Source of the DNA: the human T2T-CHM13v2.0 reference genome, Homo sapiens
NCBI RefSeq assembly: GCF_009914755.1
Contig: NC_060937.1
DNA length: 64,000 nucleotides
Strand: one strand, 5' to 3'
Position numbers and translations under genes: made by a program. Below, one piece after another: positions 1 to 15,339 of this stretch; within the stretch, counting starts at the first letter, position 1; each line of letters starts with the position of its first letter. The notes beneath the pieces are model-generated. The model searched no databases. It was not told where the DNA came from and saw only the letters and a list, made by a program, of their open reading frames with translations.

Positions 1-3000
1 ATTCCATTCCATTCCATTCCACTCGTGTTGATTCCCTTCCATTCCATTCCATTCCATTCCACTTAGGTTGATTCCATTCCGTTCCTTTCCATTGCATGCC
101 ATTCCATTCCATTCCATTCCATTCCATTCCATTCCATTCCATTCCATTCCGTTCCATTCCATTCCATTCGTGTTGATGCCATTCCAATCCATATCATTCC
201 ATTCCATTGCATTCCATTCCGTTCCATTCCTTTCGTGTTGATTCCATTCCATTCCATTCCACTCCATTCCAATCCATTACATTCCACTCGGGTTGAGTCC
301 ATTCCTTTCCATTCCAATCCATTCCATTCCTTTCCAATCCATTCCATTCCATTCAATTCCACACGGATTCAATCTATTCTTTCCATTCCATTCAGTTCTG
401 CTCCATTCCAGTCCATTGCATTAGATACCATTCCATTCCACTCCACTCCGGTTGATTCCATTCCATTCCATTCCATTCCAATCCATTCCATTCCATTCCA
501 CTCGGGTTGATTCCATTCCATTCCATTCCATTCCATTTTATTCCATTCCATTCCGTTCCATTCCATTCCATTCCATACCATTCCACTCGGGTTTATTCCA
601 TACCATTCCATTCCATTCCACTCGGGTTGATTCCTTTCCATTCCATTCCATTCCATTCCATTCCACTACATTCCATTCCATTCCATTCCACTCCATTCCA
701 ATCCATTCCATTACACTCGGGTTGATTCCATTCCATTCCATTCCATTCCATTCCATTCCATTCCGTTCCACTCAGGTTGATTCTTTTCCATTCCATTCCA
801 TTTTATTCCACTCCACTCAGGTTGATTCCATTCCATTCCATTCCATTCCATTCCATTCCATTTCATTCCATTCCATTCCATTCCATTCCATTTCATTCCA
901 TTCCATTCCATTCCATTCCATTTCATTCCATTCCATTCCATTCCATTCCATTTCATTCCATTCCATTCCATTCCATTCCATTTCACTCCATTCCATTCTA
1001 TTCCGTTCCACTGCATTCCAATCCATTCCATTCCACTCAAGTTGATTCCATTCCATTCCATTCCAATCTGTTCCACTCAGGTTGATTCTTTTCCATTCCA
1101 TTCCATTTTATTCCACTCCACTCGGGTTGATTCCTTTCCATTCCATTCCATTCCATTCCACTCCATTCCATTCCATTCCATTCCATTGCATTCCATTCGT
1201 TTTGATTCCATTGCATTCCATTCCATTCCACTCCATTCTATTCCATTTCGTTCCATTCCAGTTGATTCCATTCCTTTCCATTCCATTCCATTCCATTTCG
1301 TTCCATTCTACTTGGGTTGATTCCATTCCATTCCATTTTATTCCATTCGATTTCATTCCACTGGTGTTTATTCCATTCCACTCCATTCCATTCCATTCCA
1401 TTCGGGTTTATTCCATTTCATTCCATTCTATTACATTCCATTGCATTCCATTCCTTTCCATTCTATTCCATTTCATTCCATTCCATTTGTGTTGATTCCA
1501 TTCCATTCCATTCCATTCCATTCCATTCCACTCCATTCCATTCCATTCCACTCCATTCCATTCCATTCCATTCCACTCCATTCCAATCCATTCCATTCCA
1601 CTCGGGTTGATTCCCTTCCATTCCATTCCATTCCATTCCACTTGGGTTGATTCCATTCCGTTCCTTTCCATTGCATTCCATTCCATTCCATTCCATTCCA
1701 CTCCATTCCATTCCGTTCCATTCCATTCGTGTTGATGCCATTCCAATCCATACCATTCCATTCCATTTCATTCCATTCCGTTCCATTCCTTTCGTGTTGA
1801 TTCCATTCCATTCCATTCCACTCCATTCCAATCCATTACATTCCACTCGGGTTGAATCCATTCCTTTCCATTCCAATCCATTCCATTCCTTTCCAATCCA
1901 TTCCATTCCATTCAATTCCAAATGGACTCAATCTATTCTTTCCATTCCATTCCGTTCTGTTCCATTCCAGTCCATTGCATTCGATACCAATCCATTCCAC
2001 TTGGGATGATTCCATTCAATTCCATTATATTCCGTTCAATTCCATTGTACTCTATTCCATTCCATTCCATTCGGGTGGATTCTAATCCATTCCATTCCAC
2101 TCGGTTGGATTCCATTCAATTCCATGCCATTCCATTCCATTCCATTCCATTCCATTCCATTCCATTCCATTCCATTCCATTCCACTCTGGTTGATTCCAT
2201 TCCATTGCTTTCCATTCCATTCCCTTCCATTCCATTCCATTCCATTCCATTCCATTCCATTCCATTCCATTCCAATCCATTCCATTCCACTCCACTCTGG
2301 TTGATTCCATTCCATTCCATTCCATTCCATTCCATTCTATTGCATTCCACTCGGGTTTATTCCAGTCCATTCCATTCCATTTTATTCCATTCCATTCAGT
2401 TCCATTCCATTCCGTTCCTTACCATTCCACTCGTGTTGATTCCATACCATTCCATTCCATTCCACTGGGGTTGATTCTTTTCCATTCCATTCCATTCCAT
2501 TCCATTCCATTTCACTCCATTCCGTTCTATTCCATTCCACTCCATTCCATTCCATTCCATTCCACTCGAGTTGATTCCATTCCGTTCCATTCCAATCTGT
2601 TCCACTCAGGTTGATTCCTTTCCATTCCATTCCATTTTATTCCACTCCACTCGGGTTGTTTCCATTCCATTCCATTCCATTCCATTCCACTCCATTCCAT
2701 TCCATTCCATTCCATTGCATTCCATTCGTTTTGATTCCATTGCATTCCATTCCATTCCACTCCATTCTATTCCATTTCGTTCCATTCCAGTTGATTCCAT
2801 TCCTTTCCATTCCATTCCATTCCATTTCGTTCCATTCTACTTGGGTTGATTCCATTCCATTCCATTTCATTCCATTCGAGTTCATTCCACTGGTGTTTAT
2901 TCCATTCCACTCCATTCCATTCCATTCCATTCGGGTTTATTCCATTTCATTCCATTCTATTTCATTACATTGCATTCCATTCCTTTCCATTCTATCCCAT

Positions 3001-6000
3001 TTCATTCCATTCCATTTGTGTTGATTCCATTCCATTCCATTCCATTCCATTGCATTCCATTCCACTCTGGTTGATTCCATTCCGTTCCTTTCCATTTCAT
3101 TCCATTCCATTCCATTCCATTCCATTCCATTCCATTCCATTCGTGTTGATGCCATTCCAATCCTTACCATTCCATTCCATTTCATTCCATTCCGTTCCAT
3201 TCCTTTCGTGTTGATTCCATTCCATTCTATTCCACTCCATTCCAATCCATTACATTCCACTCGGGTTGAATCCATTCCTTTCCATTCCAATCCATTCCAT
3301 TCCTTTCCAATCCATTCCATTCCATTCAATTCCACATGAACTCAATCTATTCTTTCCATTCCATTCTGTTCTGTTCCATTGCAGTCCATTGCATTTGAAA
3401 CCAATCCATTCCACCTGGGATGATTCCATTCAATTCCATTATATTCCGTTCAAATCCATTGTATTCCATTCCATTCCATTCCACTCGGGTGGATTCCAAT
3501 CCATTCCATTCCACTCGGGTGGATTCCATTCCGTTCCATTCCATTCCATTCCATTCCATTCAATTCCACTCTGGTTGATTCCATTCCATTGCTTTCCATT
3601 TCATTCCTTTCCATTTCATTCCATTCCATTCCATTCCATTCCAATCCATTCCTTTCCACTCCACTCTGGTTGATTCCATTCCATTCCATTCCATTCCATT
3701 CCATTCCATTCCATTCCATTCCATTCCATTCCATTCCATTCCACTCGGGTTTATTCCATTCCATTCCATTACATTTTATTCCATTCCATTCCGTTCCATT
3801 CCATTCCATTCCATACCATTCCACTCGGGTTGATTCCATACCATTCCATTCCATTCCACTCAGGTTGATTCTTTTCCATTCCATTCCATTCCATTCCATT
3901 CCACTCCATTCCATTCCATTCCATTCCATTTCATTCCATTCCACTCCATTCCATTCTATTCCATTCCACTCCATTCCAATCCATTCCATTCCACTCGAGT
4001 TGATTCCATTCCATTCTATTCCATTCTGTTCCACTCAGGTTGATTCCTTTCCATTCCATTCCAGTTTATTCCACTCCACTCGGGATGATTCCATTCCTTT
4101 CCATTCCATTCCATTCCATTGCATTCCACTCATGTTGACTCCATTGCATTGCATTCCATTCCACTCCATTCCATTCCATTTCATTCCATTCCAGTTGATT
4201 CCATTCCTCTCCATTCCATTCCATTCCATTCTATTCCATTCCATTCCGTTCCATTCTACTCGGGTTGATTCCATTCCATTCCATTTCATTCCATTCGATT
4301 TCATTCCACTGGTGTTTATTCCATTCCACTCCATTCCATTCCATTCCATTCGTGTTTATTCCATTTCATTCCATTGCATTCCATTCCATTGCATTCCATT
4401 CCTTTCCATTCTATTCCATTCCATTCCATTCCATTCCATTTGTGTTGCTTCCATTCCATTCCATTCCATTCCATTCCATTCCATTCCATTCCACTCCATT
4501 CCAATCCATTACATTCCACTCGGGTTGAATCCTTTCCATTCCATTCCAATGCATTCCCTTCCATTCAATTCCACTCGGATTCAATCAATTGCATTCTATT
4601 CCATTCCGTTCTGTTCCACTCCATTCCATTGCATTCCATACCATTCCATTCCACTCGGGTTGATTCCATTGAATTCCATCCCATTCCATTCCATTCCATG
4701 CTATTGTATTCCATTCCATTCCATTCCACTCGTGTTGATTCCCTTCCATTCCATTCCATTCCATTCCACGTGGGTTGATTCCATTCCGTTCCTTTCCATT
4801 GCATTCCATTCCATTCCATTCCATTCCATTCCATTCCATTCCATTCCATTCCATTCCTTTCCATTCCATTCGTGTTGATGCCATTCCAATCCATATCATT
4901 CCATTCCATTGCATTCCATTCCGTTCCATTCCTTTCGTGTTGATTCCATTCCATTCCATTCCACTCCATTCCAACCCATTACATTCCACTCGGGTTGAAT
5001 CCATTCCTTTCCATTCCAATCCATTCCATTCCTTTCCAATCCATTCCATTCCATTCAATTCCACATGGATTCAATCTATTCTTTCCATTCCATTCCGTTC
5101 TGTTCCATTCCAGTCCATTGAATTAGATACCATTCCATTCCACTCGGGATGATTCCATTCAATTCCATTATATTCCGTTCAATTCCATTGCATTCCATTC
5201 CATTCCATTCCACTCGTTTGGATTCCATTCCATTCCATTCCATTCCATTCCATTCCATTCCACTCTGGTTGATTCCCTTCCGTTCCTTTCAATTTCATTC
5301 CATTCCATTCCATTCCATTCCATTCCCTTCCATTCCATTCCAATCCATTCCATTCCACTCCACTCCGGTTGATTCCATTCCATTCCATTCCATTCCATTC
5401 CATTCCATTCCATTCCATTCCATTCTATTCCATTCTACTCGGGTTGATTCCATTCCATTCCATTCCATTTTATTCCATTCCATTCCGTTCTATTCCTTTC
5501 CATTCCATACCATTCCACTCGGGTTGATTCCATACCATTCCATTCCATTCAACTCGGATTCATTCCATTCCATTCCATTCCATTCCATTCCATTCCATTC
5601 CATTCCATTCCACTCCATTCCATTCCATTCCATTCCACTCCATTCCAATCCATTCCATTCCACTCGGGTTGATTCCATTCCATTCCATTCCATTCCATTC
5701 CATTCCGTTCCACTCAGTTTGATTCTTTTCCATTCCATTCCATTTTATTCCACTCCATTCGGGTTGATTCCATTCCATTCCATTCCATTCCATTCCATTC
5801 CATTGCATTCCATTCGTGTTGATTCCATTGCATTCCATTCCTTTCCACTCCATTCCATTCCATTTCATTCCATTCCAGTTGATTCCATTCCATTCCATTC
5901 CATTCCGTTCCATTCTACTCGGGTTGATTCCATTCCATTCCATTTCATTCCATTCGATTCCATTCCACTGGTGTTTATTCCGTTCCACTCCATTCCATTC

Positions 6001-9000
6001 CATTCCTTTTGGGTTTATTCCATTTCTTTCCCTTCCATTCCATTCCATTGCATTCCATTCCTTTCCATTCTATTCCATTTCATTCCATTCCATTTGTGTT
6101 GATTCCATTCCATTCCGTTCCACTCCATTCCATTCCATTCCTCTCCATTCCATTCCATTCCATTCCACTCCATTCCTCTCCATTCCATTCCATTCCATTC
6201 CACTACATTCCAATCCATTCTATTCCACTCGGGTTGATTCCCTTCCATTCCATTCCATTCCATTCCACTTGGGTTGATTCCATTCCGTTCCTTTCCATTG
6301 CATTCCATTCCATTCCATTCCATTCCATTCCATTCCACTCCATTCCATTCCGTTCCATTCCATTTGTGTTGATGCCATTCCAATCCATACCATTCCATTC
6401 CATTTCATTCCATTCCGTTCCATTCCTTTCGTGTTGATTCCATTCCATTCCACTCCACTCCATTCCAATCCATTACATTCCACTCGGGTTGAATCCATTC
6501 CTTTCCATTCCAATCCATTCCATTCCTTTCCAATCCATTCCATTCCATTCAATTCGACATGGACTCAATCTATTCTTTCCATTCCATTCCGTTCTGTTCC
6601 ATTCCAGTCCATTGCATTAGATACAAATCCATTCCACTCGGGATGATTCCATTCAATTCCATTATATTCCGTTCAATTCCATTGTATTCCATTCCATTCC
6701 ATTCCATTCCATTCGGGTGGATTCTAATCCATTCCATTCCACTCGGTTGGATTCCATTCCATTCCATGCCATTCCATTCCATTCCATTCCATTCGATTCC
6801 ATTCCATTCCATTCCATTCCACTCTGGTTGATTCCATTCCATTGCTTTCCATTTCATTCCATTTCATTCCATTCCATTCCATTCCATTCCATTCCATTCC
6901 ATTCCATTCCAATCCATTCCATTCCGCTCCACTCTGGTTGATTCCACTCCATTCCATTCCATTCCATTCCGTTCCATTTCATTCCATTCTATTCCATTCC
7001 ACTCGGGTTTATTCCAGTCCATTCCATTCCATTTTATTCCATTCCATTCAGTTCCATTCCATTCCGTTCCTTACCATTCCACTCTTGTTGATTCCATACC
7101 ATTCCATTCCATTCCACTCGGGTTGATTCTTTTCCATTCCATTCCATTCCATTCCATTTCATTCCATGCCACTCCATTCCATTCTATTCCATTCCACTCC
7201 ATTCCAATCCATTCCATTCCACTCGAGTTGATTCCATTCCATTCCATTCCAATCTGTTCCACTCAGGTTGATTCCTTTCCATTCCATTCCATTTTATTCC
7301 ACTCCACTCGGGTTGATTCCATTCCATTCCATTCCATTCCATTCCATTCCATTCCACTCCATTCCATTCCATTCCATTGCATTCCATTCGTTTTGATTCC
7401 ATTGCATTCCATTCCATTCCACTCCATTCTATTCCATTTCGTTCCATTCCAGTTGATTCCATTCCTTTCCATTCCATTCCATTCCATTTCGTTCCATTCC
7501 ACTTGGGTTGATTCCATTCCATTCCATTTCATTCCATTCGATTTCATTCCACTGGTGTTTATTCCATTCCAATCCATTCCATTCCATTACATTCGGGTTT
7601 ATTCCATTTCATTCCATTCTATTCCATTCCATTGCATTCCATTCCTTTCCATTCTATTCCATTTCATTCCCTTCCATTTGTGTTGATTCCATTCCATTCC
7701 ATTCCATTCCATTGCATTCCATTCCACTCTGGTTGATTCCATTCCGTTCCTTTCCATTTCATTCCATTCCATTCCATTCCATTCCATTCCATTGCATTCC
7801 ATTCCATTCCAATCCTTTCCATTCCACTCCACTACGGTTGATTCCATTCCATTCCGTTCCATTCAATTCCCTTCCATTCCACTCGGGTTGATTCCATTCC
7901 ATTCCACTCCATTTTATTCCATTGCATTCCGTTCCATTCCATTCCATTCCATACCATTCCACTCGGGTTGATTCCATACCATTCCATTCCATTCCACTCG
8001 GGTTGATTCCTTTCCTTTCCATTCCATTCCATTTGTGTTGATTCCATTCCATTCCATTCCATTCCATTCCACTCAATTCCAATCCATTACATTCCACTCG
8101 GGTTGAACCCTTTCCATTCCATTTCAATGCATTCCCTTCCATTCAATTCCACTCGGATTCAATCAATTCCATTCTATTCCATTCCGTTCCGTTCCACTCC
8201 ATTCCATTGCATTCCACACCATTCCATTCCACTCGGGTTGATTCCATTGAATTCCATCCCATTCCATTCCATTCCATTCTATTGCATTCCATTCCATTCC
8301 ATTCCACTCGTGTTGATTCCCTTCCATTCCATTCCATTCCATTCCACTTGGGTTGATTGCATTCCGTTCCTTTCCATTGCATTCCATTCCATTCCATTCC
8401 ATTCCATTCCATTCCATTCCGTTCCATTCCATTCGTGTTGATGCCATTCCAATCCTTACCATTCCATTCCATTTCATTCCATTCCGTTCCATTCCTTTCG
8501 TGTTGATTCCATTCCATTCCATTCCACTCCATTCCAATCCATTACATTCCACTCGGGTTGAATCCATTCCTTTCCATTCCAATCCATTCCATTCCTTTCC
8601 AATCCATTCCATTCCATTCAATTCCACATGAACTCAATCTATTCTTTCCTTTCCATTCCGTTCTGTTCCATACAAGTCCATTGCATTTGACACCAATCCA
8701 TTCCACCTGGGATGATTCCATTCATTTCCATTATACTCCGTTCAATTCCATTGTATTCCATTCCATTCCATTCCACTCGGGTGGATTCCAATCCATTCCA
8801 TTCCACTCGGGTGGATTCCATTCCGTTCCATTCCATTCCATTCCATTCCATTCCATTCCATTCCACTCTGGTTGATTCCATTCCATTCCTTTCCATTTCA
8901 TTCCATTCCATTCCATTCCATTCCATTCCATTCCATTCCAATCCATTCCATTCCACTCCACTCTGGTTGATTCCATTCCATTCCATTCCATTCCATTCCA

Positions 9001-12000
9001 TTCCATTCCATTCGACTCGGGTATATTCCATTCCATTCCATTCCATTCCAATCCATTCCATTGCACTCCACTCTGGTTGATTCCATTCCATTCCATTCCA
9101 TTCCATTCCATTCCATTCCATTCCATTCGACTCGGGTTTATTCCATTCCATTCCATTCCATTTTATTCCATTCCATTCCGTTCCATTCTATTCCATTCCA
9201 TTCCATTCCATTCCATTCCACTCGGGTTTATTCCATTCCATTCCATTCCATTTTATTCCATTCCATTCCGTTCCATTCCATTCCATTCCATACCATTCCA
9301 CTCGGGTTGATTCCATACCATTCCATTCCATTCCACTCGGGTTGATTCTTTTCCATTCCATTCCATTCCATTCCATTCCATTCCATTCCATTCCATTTCA
9401 TTCCATTCCACTCCATTCCATTCTATTCCCTTCCATTCCATTCCAATCCATTCCATTCCACTCCATTCCATTCTATTCCATTCCACTCCATTCCAATCCA
9501 TTCCATTCCACTCGAGTTGATACCATTCCATTCCATTCCATTCTGTTCCACTCAGGTTGATTCCTTTCCATTCCATTCCATTTTATTCCACTCCACTCGG
9601 GTTGATTCCATTCCATTCCATTCCATTCCATTCCATTGCATTCCACTCATGTTGATTCCATTGCATTGCATTCCATTCCACTCCATTCCATTCCATTTCT
9701 TTCCATTCCAGTTGATTCCATTCCATTCCATTCCATTCCATTCCATTCCATTCCATTCCGTTCCATTCTACTCGGGTTGATTCCATTCCATTCCATTTCA
9801 TTCCATTCGATTTCATTCCACTGGTGTTTATTCCATTCCACTCCATTCCATTCCATTCCATTCGGGTTTATTCCATTTCATTCCATTCCATTCCATTCCA
9901 TTGCATTCCATTCCTTTCCATTCTATTCCATTCCATTCCATTCCATTCCATTTGTGTTGCTTCCATTCCATTCCATTCCATTCCATTCCATTCCATTCCA
10001 TTCCACTCCATTCCAATCCATTACATTCCACTCGGGTTGAATCCTTTCCATTCCATTCCAATGCATTCCCTTCCATTCAATTCCACTCGGATTCAATCAA
10101 TTGCATTCTATTCCATTCCGTTCTGTTCCACTCAATTCCATTGCATTCCATACCATTCCATTCCACTCGGGTTGATTCCATTGAATTCCATCCCATTCCA
10201 TTCCATTCCGTGCTATTGTATTCCATTCCAGTCCATTCCACTCGTGTTGATTCCCTTCCATTCCATTCCATTCCATTCCACTTGGGTTGATTCCATTCCG
10301 TTCCTTTCCATTGCATTCCATTCCATTCCATTCCATTCCATTCCGTTCCGTTCCATTCCATTCGTGTTGATGCCATTCCAATCCATATCATTCCATTCCA
10401 TTCCATTCCATTCCATTCCGTTCCATTCCTTTCGTGTTGATTCCATCCCATTCCATTCCACTCCATTCCAATCCATTACATTCCACTCGGGTTGAATCCA
10501 TTCCTTTCCATTCCAATCCATTCCATTCCTTTCCAATCCATTCCATTCCATTCAATTCCACATGGATTCAATCTATTCTTTCCATTCCATTCCGTTCTGT
10601 TCCATTCCAGTCCATTTCATTAGATACCATTCCATTCCACTCCACTCCGGTTGATTCCATTCCATTCCATTCCATTCCAATCCATTCCATTCCAATCCAT
10701 TCCATTCCATTCCACTCGGGTTGATTCCATTCCATTCCATTCCATTTTATTCCATTCCTTTCCGTTCCATTCCATTCCATTCCATACCATTCCACTCGGG
10801 TTGATTCCATACCATTACATTCCATTCCACTCAGGTTGATTCCTTTCCATTCCATTCCATTCCATTCCATTCCATTCCATTCCATTCCACTCCATTCCAT
10901 TCCATTCCATTCCACTCCATTCCAATCCATTCCATTACACTCGGGTTGATTCCATTCCATTCCATTCCATTTCATTCCGTTCCACTCAGGTTGATTCTTT
11001 TCCATTCCATTCCATTTTATTCCACTCCACTCAGGTTGATTCCATTCCATTCCATTCCATTCCATTCCATTGCATTCCATTCCATTCCACTCCATTCCAT
11101 TCCATTTCATTCCATTCCAGTTGATTCCATTCCTTTCCATTCCATTCCATTCCATTCCATTCCGTTCCATTCTACTCGGGTTGATTCCATTCCATTCCAT
11201 TTAATTCCTCTGGTGTTTATTCCATTCCACTCCATTCCATTCCATTCCATTCGTGTTTGTTCTATTTCATTCCATTCCATTCCATTCCATTCCATTGCAT
11301 TCCATTCTTTTCCATTCTATTCCATTGCATTACATTCCATTTGTGTTGATTCCATTCCATTCCATTGCATTCCATTCCATTCCACTGCATTCCAATCCAT
11401 TACATTCCACTCGGGTTAAATCCTTTCCATTCCATTCCAATGCATTCCCTTCCATTCAATTCCACTCGGATTCAATCAATTCCATTCTATTCCATTCCGT
11501 TCCGTTCCACTCCATTCCATTGCATTCCATACCATTCCATTCCACTCGGGTTGATTCCATTTAATTCCATCCCATTCCATTCCATTCCATTCTATTGCAT
11601 TCCATTCCATTCCATTCCACTCGTGTAGATTCCCTTCCATTCCATTCCATTCCATTCCACTTGGGTTGATTCCATTCCGTTCCTTTCCATTGTATTCCAT
11701 TCCATTCCATTCCATTCCATTCCATTCCATTCCATTCCATTCCATTCGATTCCGTTCCATTCCATTCGTGTTGATGCCATTCCAATCCATACCATTCCAT
11801 TCCATTTCATTCCATTCCGTTCCATTCCTTTCGTGTTGATTCCATTCCATTCCATTGCACTCCATTCCAATCCATTACATTCCACTCGGGTTGAATCCAT
11901 TCCTTTCCATTCTAATCCATTCCATTCCTTTCCAATCCATTCCATGCCATTCAATTCCACATGGACTCAATCTATTCTTTCCATTCCATGCCGTTCTGTT

Positions 12001-13650
12001 CCATTCCAGTCCATTGCATTAGATACCAATCCATTCCACTTGGGATGATTCCATTCAATTCCATTATATTCCGTTCAATTACATTGTATTCCATTCCAAT
12101 CCATTCCACTCGTGTGGATACCAATCCATTCCATTCCACTCGGGTGGATTCCATTCCATTCCATTCCATTCCATTCCATTCCATTCCATTCCACTCTGGT
12201 TGATTCCATTCCATTCCTTTCCATTTCATTCCATTCCATTCCATTCCATTCCATTCCATTCCATTCCATTCCAATCCATTCCATTCCTCTCCACTCTGGT
12301 TGATTCCATTCCATTCCATTCCATTCCATTCCATTCCATTCCATTCCACTCGGGTTTATTCCATTCCATTCCATTCCATTTTATTCCATTACATTCCGTT
12401 CCATTCCATTCCATTCCATACCATTCCACTCGGGTTGATTCCATACCATTCCAATCCATTCCACTCAGGTTGATTCCTTTCCATTCCGTTCCATTCCATT
12501 CCCTTCCATTTCATTCAATTCCACTCCATTCCATTCTATTCCATTCCACTCCATTCCAATCCATTCCATTCCTCTCGGGTTGATTCCATTCCATTCCATT
12601 CCATTCCATTCTGTTCGACTCAGGTTGATTCCTTTCCATTCCTTTCCATTTTATTCCACTCCACTCGGTTTGATTCCATTCCATTCCATTCCATTCCATT
12701 CCATTCCATTCCATTCGTGTTGATTCCATTGCACTCCATTGCATTCCCCTCCATTCCATTCCATTTCATTCCATTCCGGTTGATTCCATTCCTTTCCATT
12801 CCATTCCATGCCATTCCATTCCATTCCATTCCATTCCATTCCGTTCCATTCTACTCGGGTCGATTCCATTCCATTCCATTTCATTCCATTCGATTTCATT
12901 CCACTGGTGTTTATTCCATTCCACTCCATTCCATTCCATTCCATTCGGGTTTATTCCATTTCATTCCATTCCATTCCATTCCATTGCATTCTATTCCTTT
13001 CCATTCTATTCCATTCCATTTGTGTTGCTTCCATTCCATTCCATTCCATTCCACTCCATTCCAATCCATTACATTCCACTCGGGTTGAATCATTTCCATT
13101 CCATTCCAATGCATTCCCTTCCATTCAATTCCACTCGGATTCAATCAATTCCATTCTATTCCATTCCATTCCACTTAGGTTGATTCCATTCCGTTCCTTT
13201 CCATTGCATTCCATTCCATTCCATTCCATTCCATTGCATTCCATTCCATTCCATTCCGTTCCATTCCATTCCATTCGTGTTGATGCCATTCCAATCCATA
13301 TCATTCCATTCCATTCCATTCCATTCCGTTCCATTCCTTTCGTGTTGATTCCATTCCATTCCATTCCACTCCATTCCAATCCATTACATTCCACTCGGGT
13401 TGAATCCATTCCTTTCCATTCCAATCCATTCCATTCCTTTCCAATCCATTCCATTCCATTCAATTCCACATGGATTCAATCTATTCTTTCCATTCCATTC
13501 CGTTCTGTTCCACTACAGTCCATTGCATTAGATACCATTCCATTCCACTCGGGATGATTCCATTCAATTCCATTATATTCCGTTCAATTCCATTGCATTC
13601 CATTCCATTCCATTCCACCCGAGTGGATTCCACTCCATTCCATTCCATTC
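1..13650 (+). repeat. HSat3 domain I (first part): ~1.4-2.1 kb repeat unit
   Basis: Landmark CAATCTATTCTTTCC at about 370, 1929, 3343, 5072, 6566, 8635, 10568, 11968 and 13477. Confidence 0.8.
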
Positions 13651-15339
13651 CATTACATTGCATTCCATTTCACTCGGGTTGATTCCATTCCATTTCATTC
13701 AATTCCATTCCATTCCATTCCATTCCATTCCACTGTGGTTGATTCCATTCCATTCCATTCCATTCGTGTTCATTCCATTCCATTCCATTCCATTCCTTTC
13801 CGTTCCATTCCGTTCGATTCCATTCCATTGCATTCCCTTCCATTCCATTCCAATCCATTCCATTCCATTCCATTCCAATCGGGTTGATTCCATACCATTC
13901 CATTCCATTCATTCCTTTCCATTCCATTCCAATCCAGTCGGGTTGATTCCATTCCATTCCTTTCCATTCCATTCCATTCCTCTGCATTCCAATCCTCTCG
14001 GGTTGATTCCGTTGCATTCCGTTCCTTTCCAGTGCACTTGGGTTGATTCCATTCCATTCCCTTCCCTTCCATTCCATTCCATTCCATTCGATTCCATTCT
14101 TTTACATTACACTCCGGTTGATTCCATAGCATTCCATTCCATTCCTTTCCATTCCATTCCATCACATTCGGGTTGATTCCATTCTATTCTGTTCCATTCC
14201 ATTCCATTCCTTTCCATTCTGTTCCATTCCTTTCGGGTTGATTCTATTCCATTCCATTCCATTCCATTCCACTCCATTCCATTCCATTCCACTCCATTAC
14301 ATTACATTCAATTCCACCCGGATTGATTCCATTCCATTCCATTCCAGTTGATTCCATTGGATTCGATTCTGCTCCATTCCATTCCATTGCATTCCATTCC
14401 ATTCCATTGCACTCGTGTTGATTCCATTCCGTTCCTTTCCATTCCATTCCTTTCCTTTCCATTCAATTCGTGTTGATTCCATTCAATTCCACTCCAATCC
14501 ATTCCATTCCATTCCAATCCATTCCATTCCATTCAATTCCACTCGCATTCAATCTATTCCATTCCTTTTCATTCCGTTCTGTTCCATTCCATTCTATTGC
14601 ATTCCATACCATTCCATTTCACTCGGGATGATTCCATTCCATTCCATTATATTCCATGCCATTCCATTCCATTCCATTCCACTAGGGTTGATTCCATTCC
14701 ATTCCATTCCATTCCATTCCATTCCATTCCATTCCATTCCACTCGGGTTGTTTCCATTCCATTCCTTTAAATTTCATTTTATTCCATTCCATTCCATTCC
14801 ATTCTACTCCATTCCATTCCACTCCATTCCATTCCACTCCACTCCGGTTGATTCCATTCCATTCCATTCCATTCCATTCCATTCCACTCGGGTTGATTCC
14901 ATTCCAGTCCATTTTACTCCATTCCATTCCGTTCCATTCCATTCCATTCCATACCATTCCACTCGGCTTGATTCCATACCATTCCATTCCATTCCACTCG
15001 AGTTGATTCCATTCCATTCCATTCCATTCCATTCCATTCCATTCCATTCCATTCCATTGCATTCCGTTCTACTCCATTCCACTCCATTCCATTTCACTCC
15101 ATTCCATTCCATTCCATTCCACTCCATTCCATTCCATTCCATTCCACTCGGGTTGATTCCATTCCATTCCATTCCACTCCACTCCACTCCATTGCATTCC
15201 ATTCCACTGGGGTTGATTCCATTCCATTCCATTCCACTCCACTCCACTCCATTGCATTCCATTCCACTCGGGTTGATTCCATTCCATTCTATTCCAATCC
15301 ATTTCATTCCATTTCATTCAATTCCATTGTATTCCGTTC

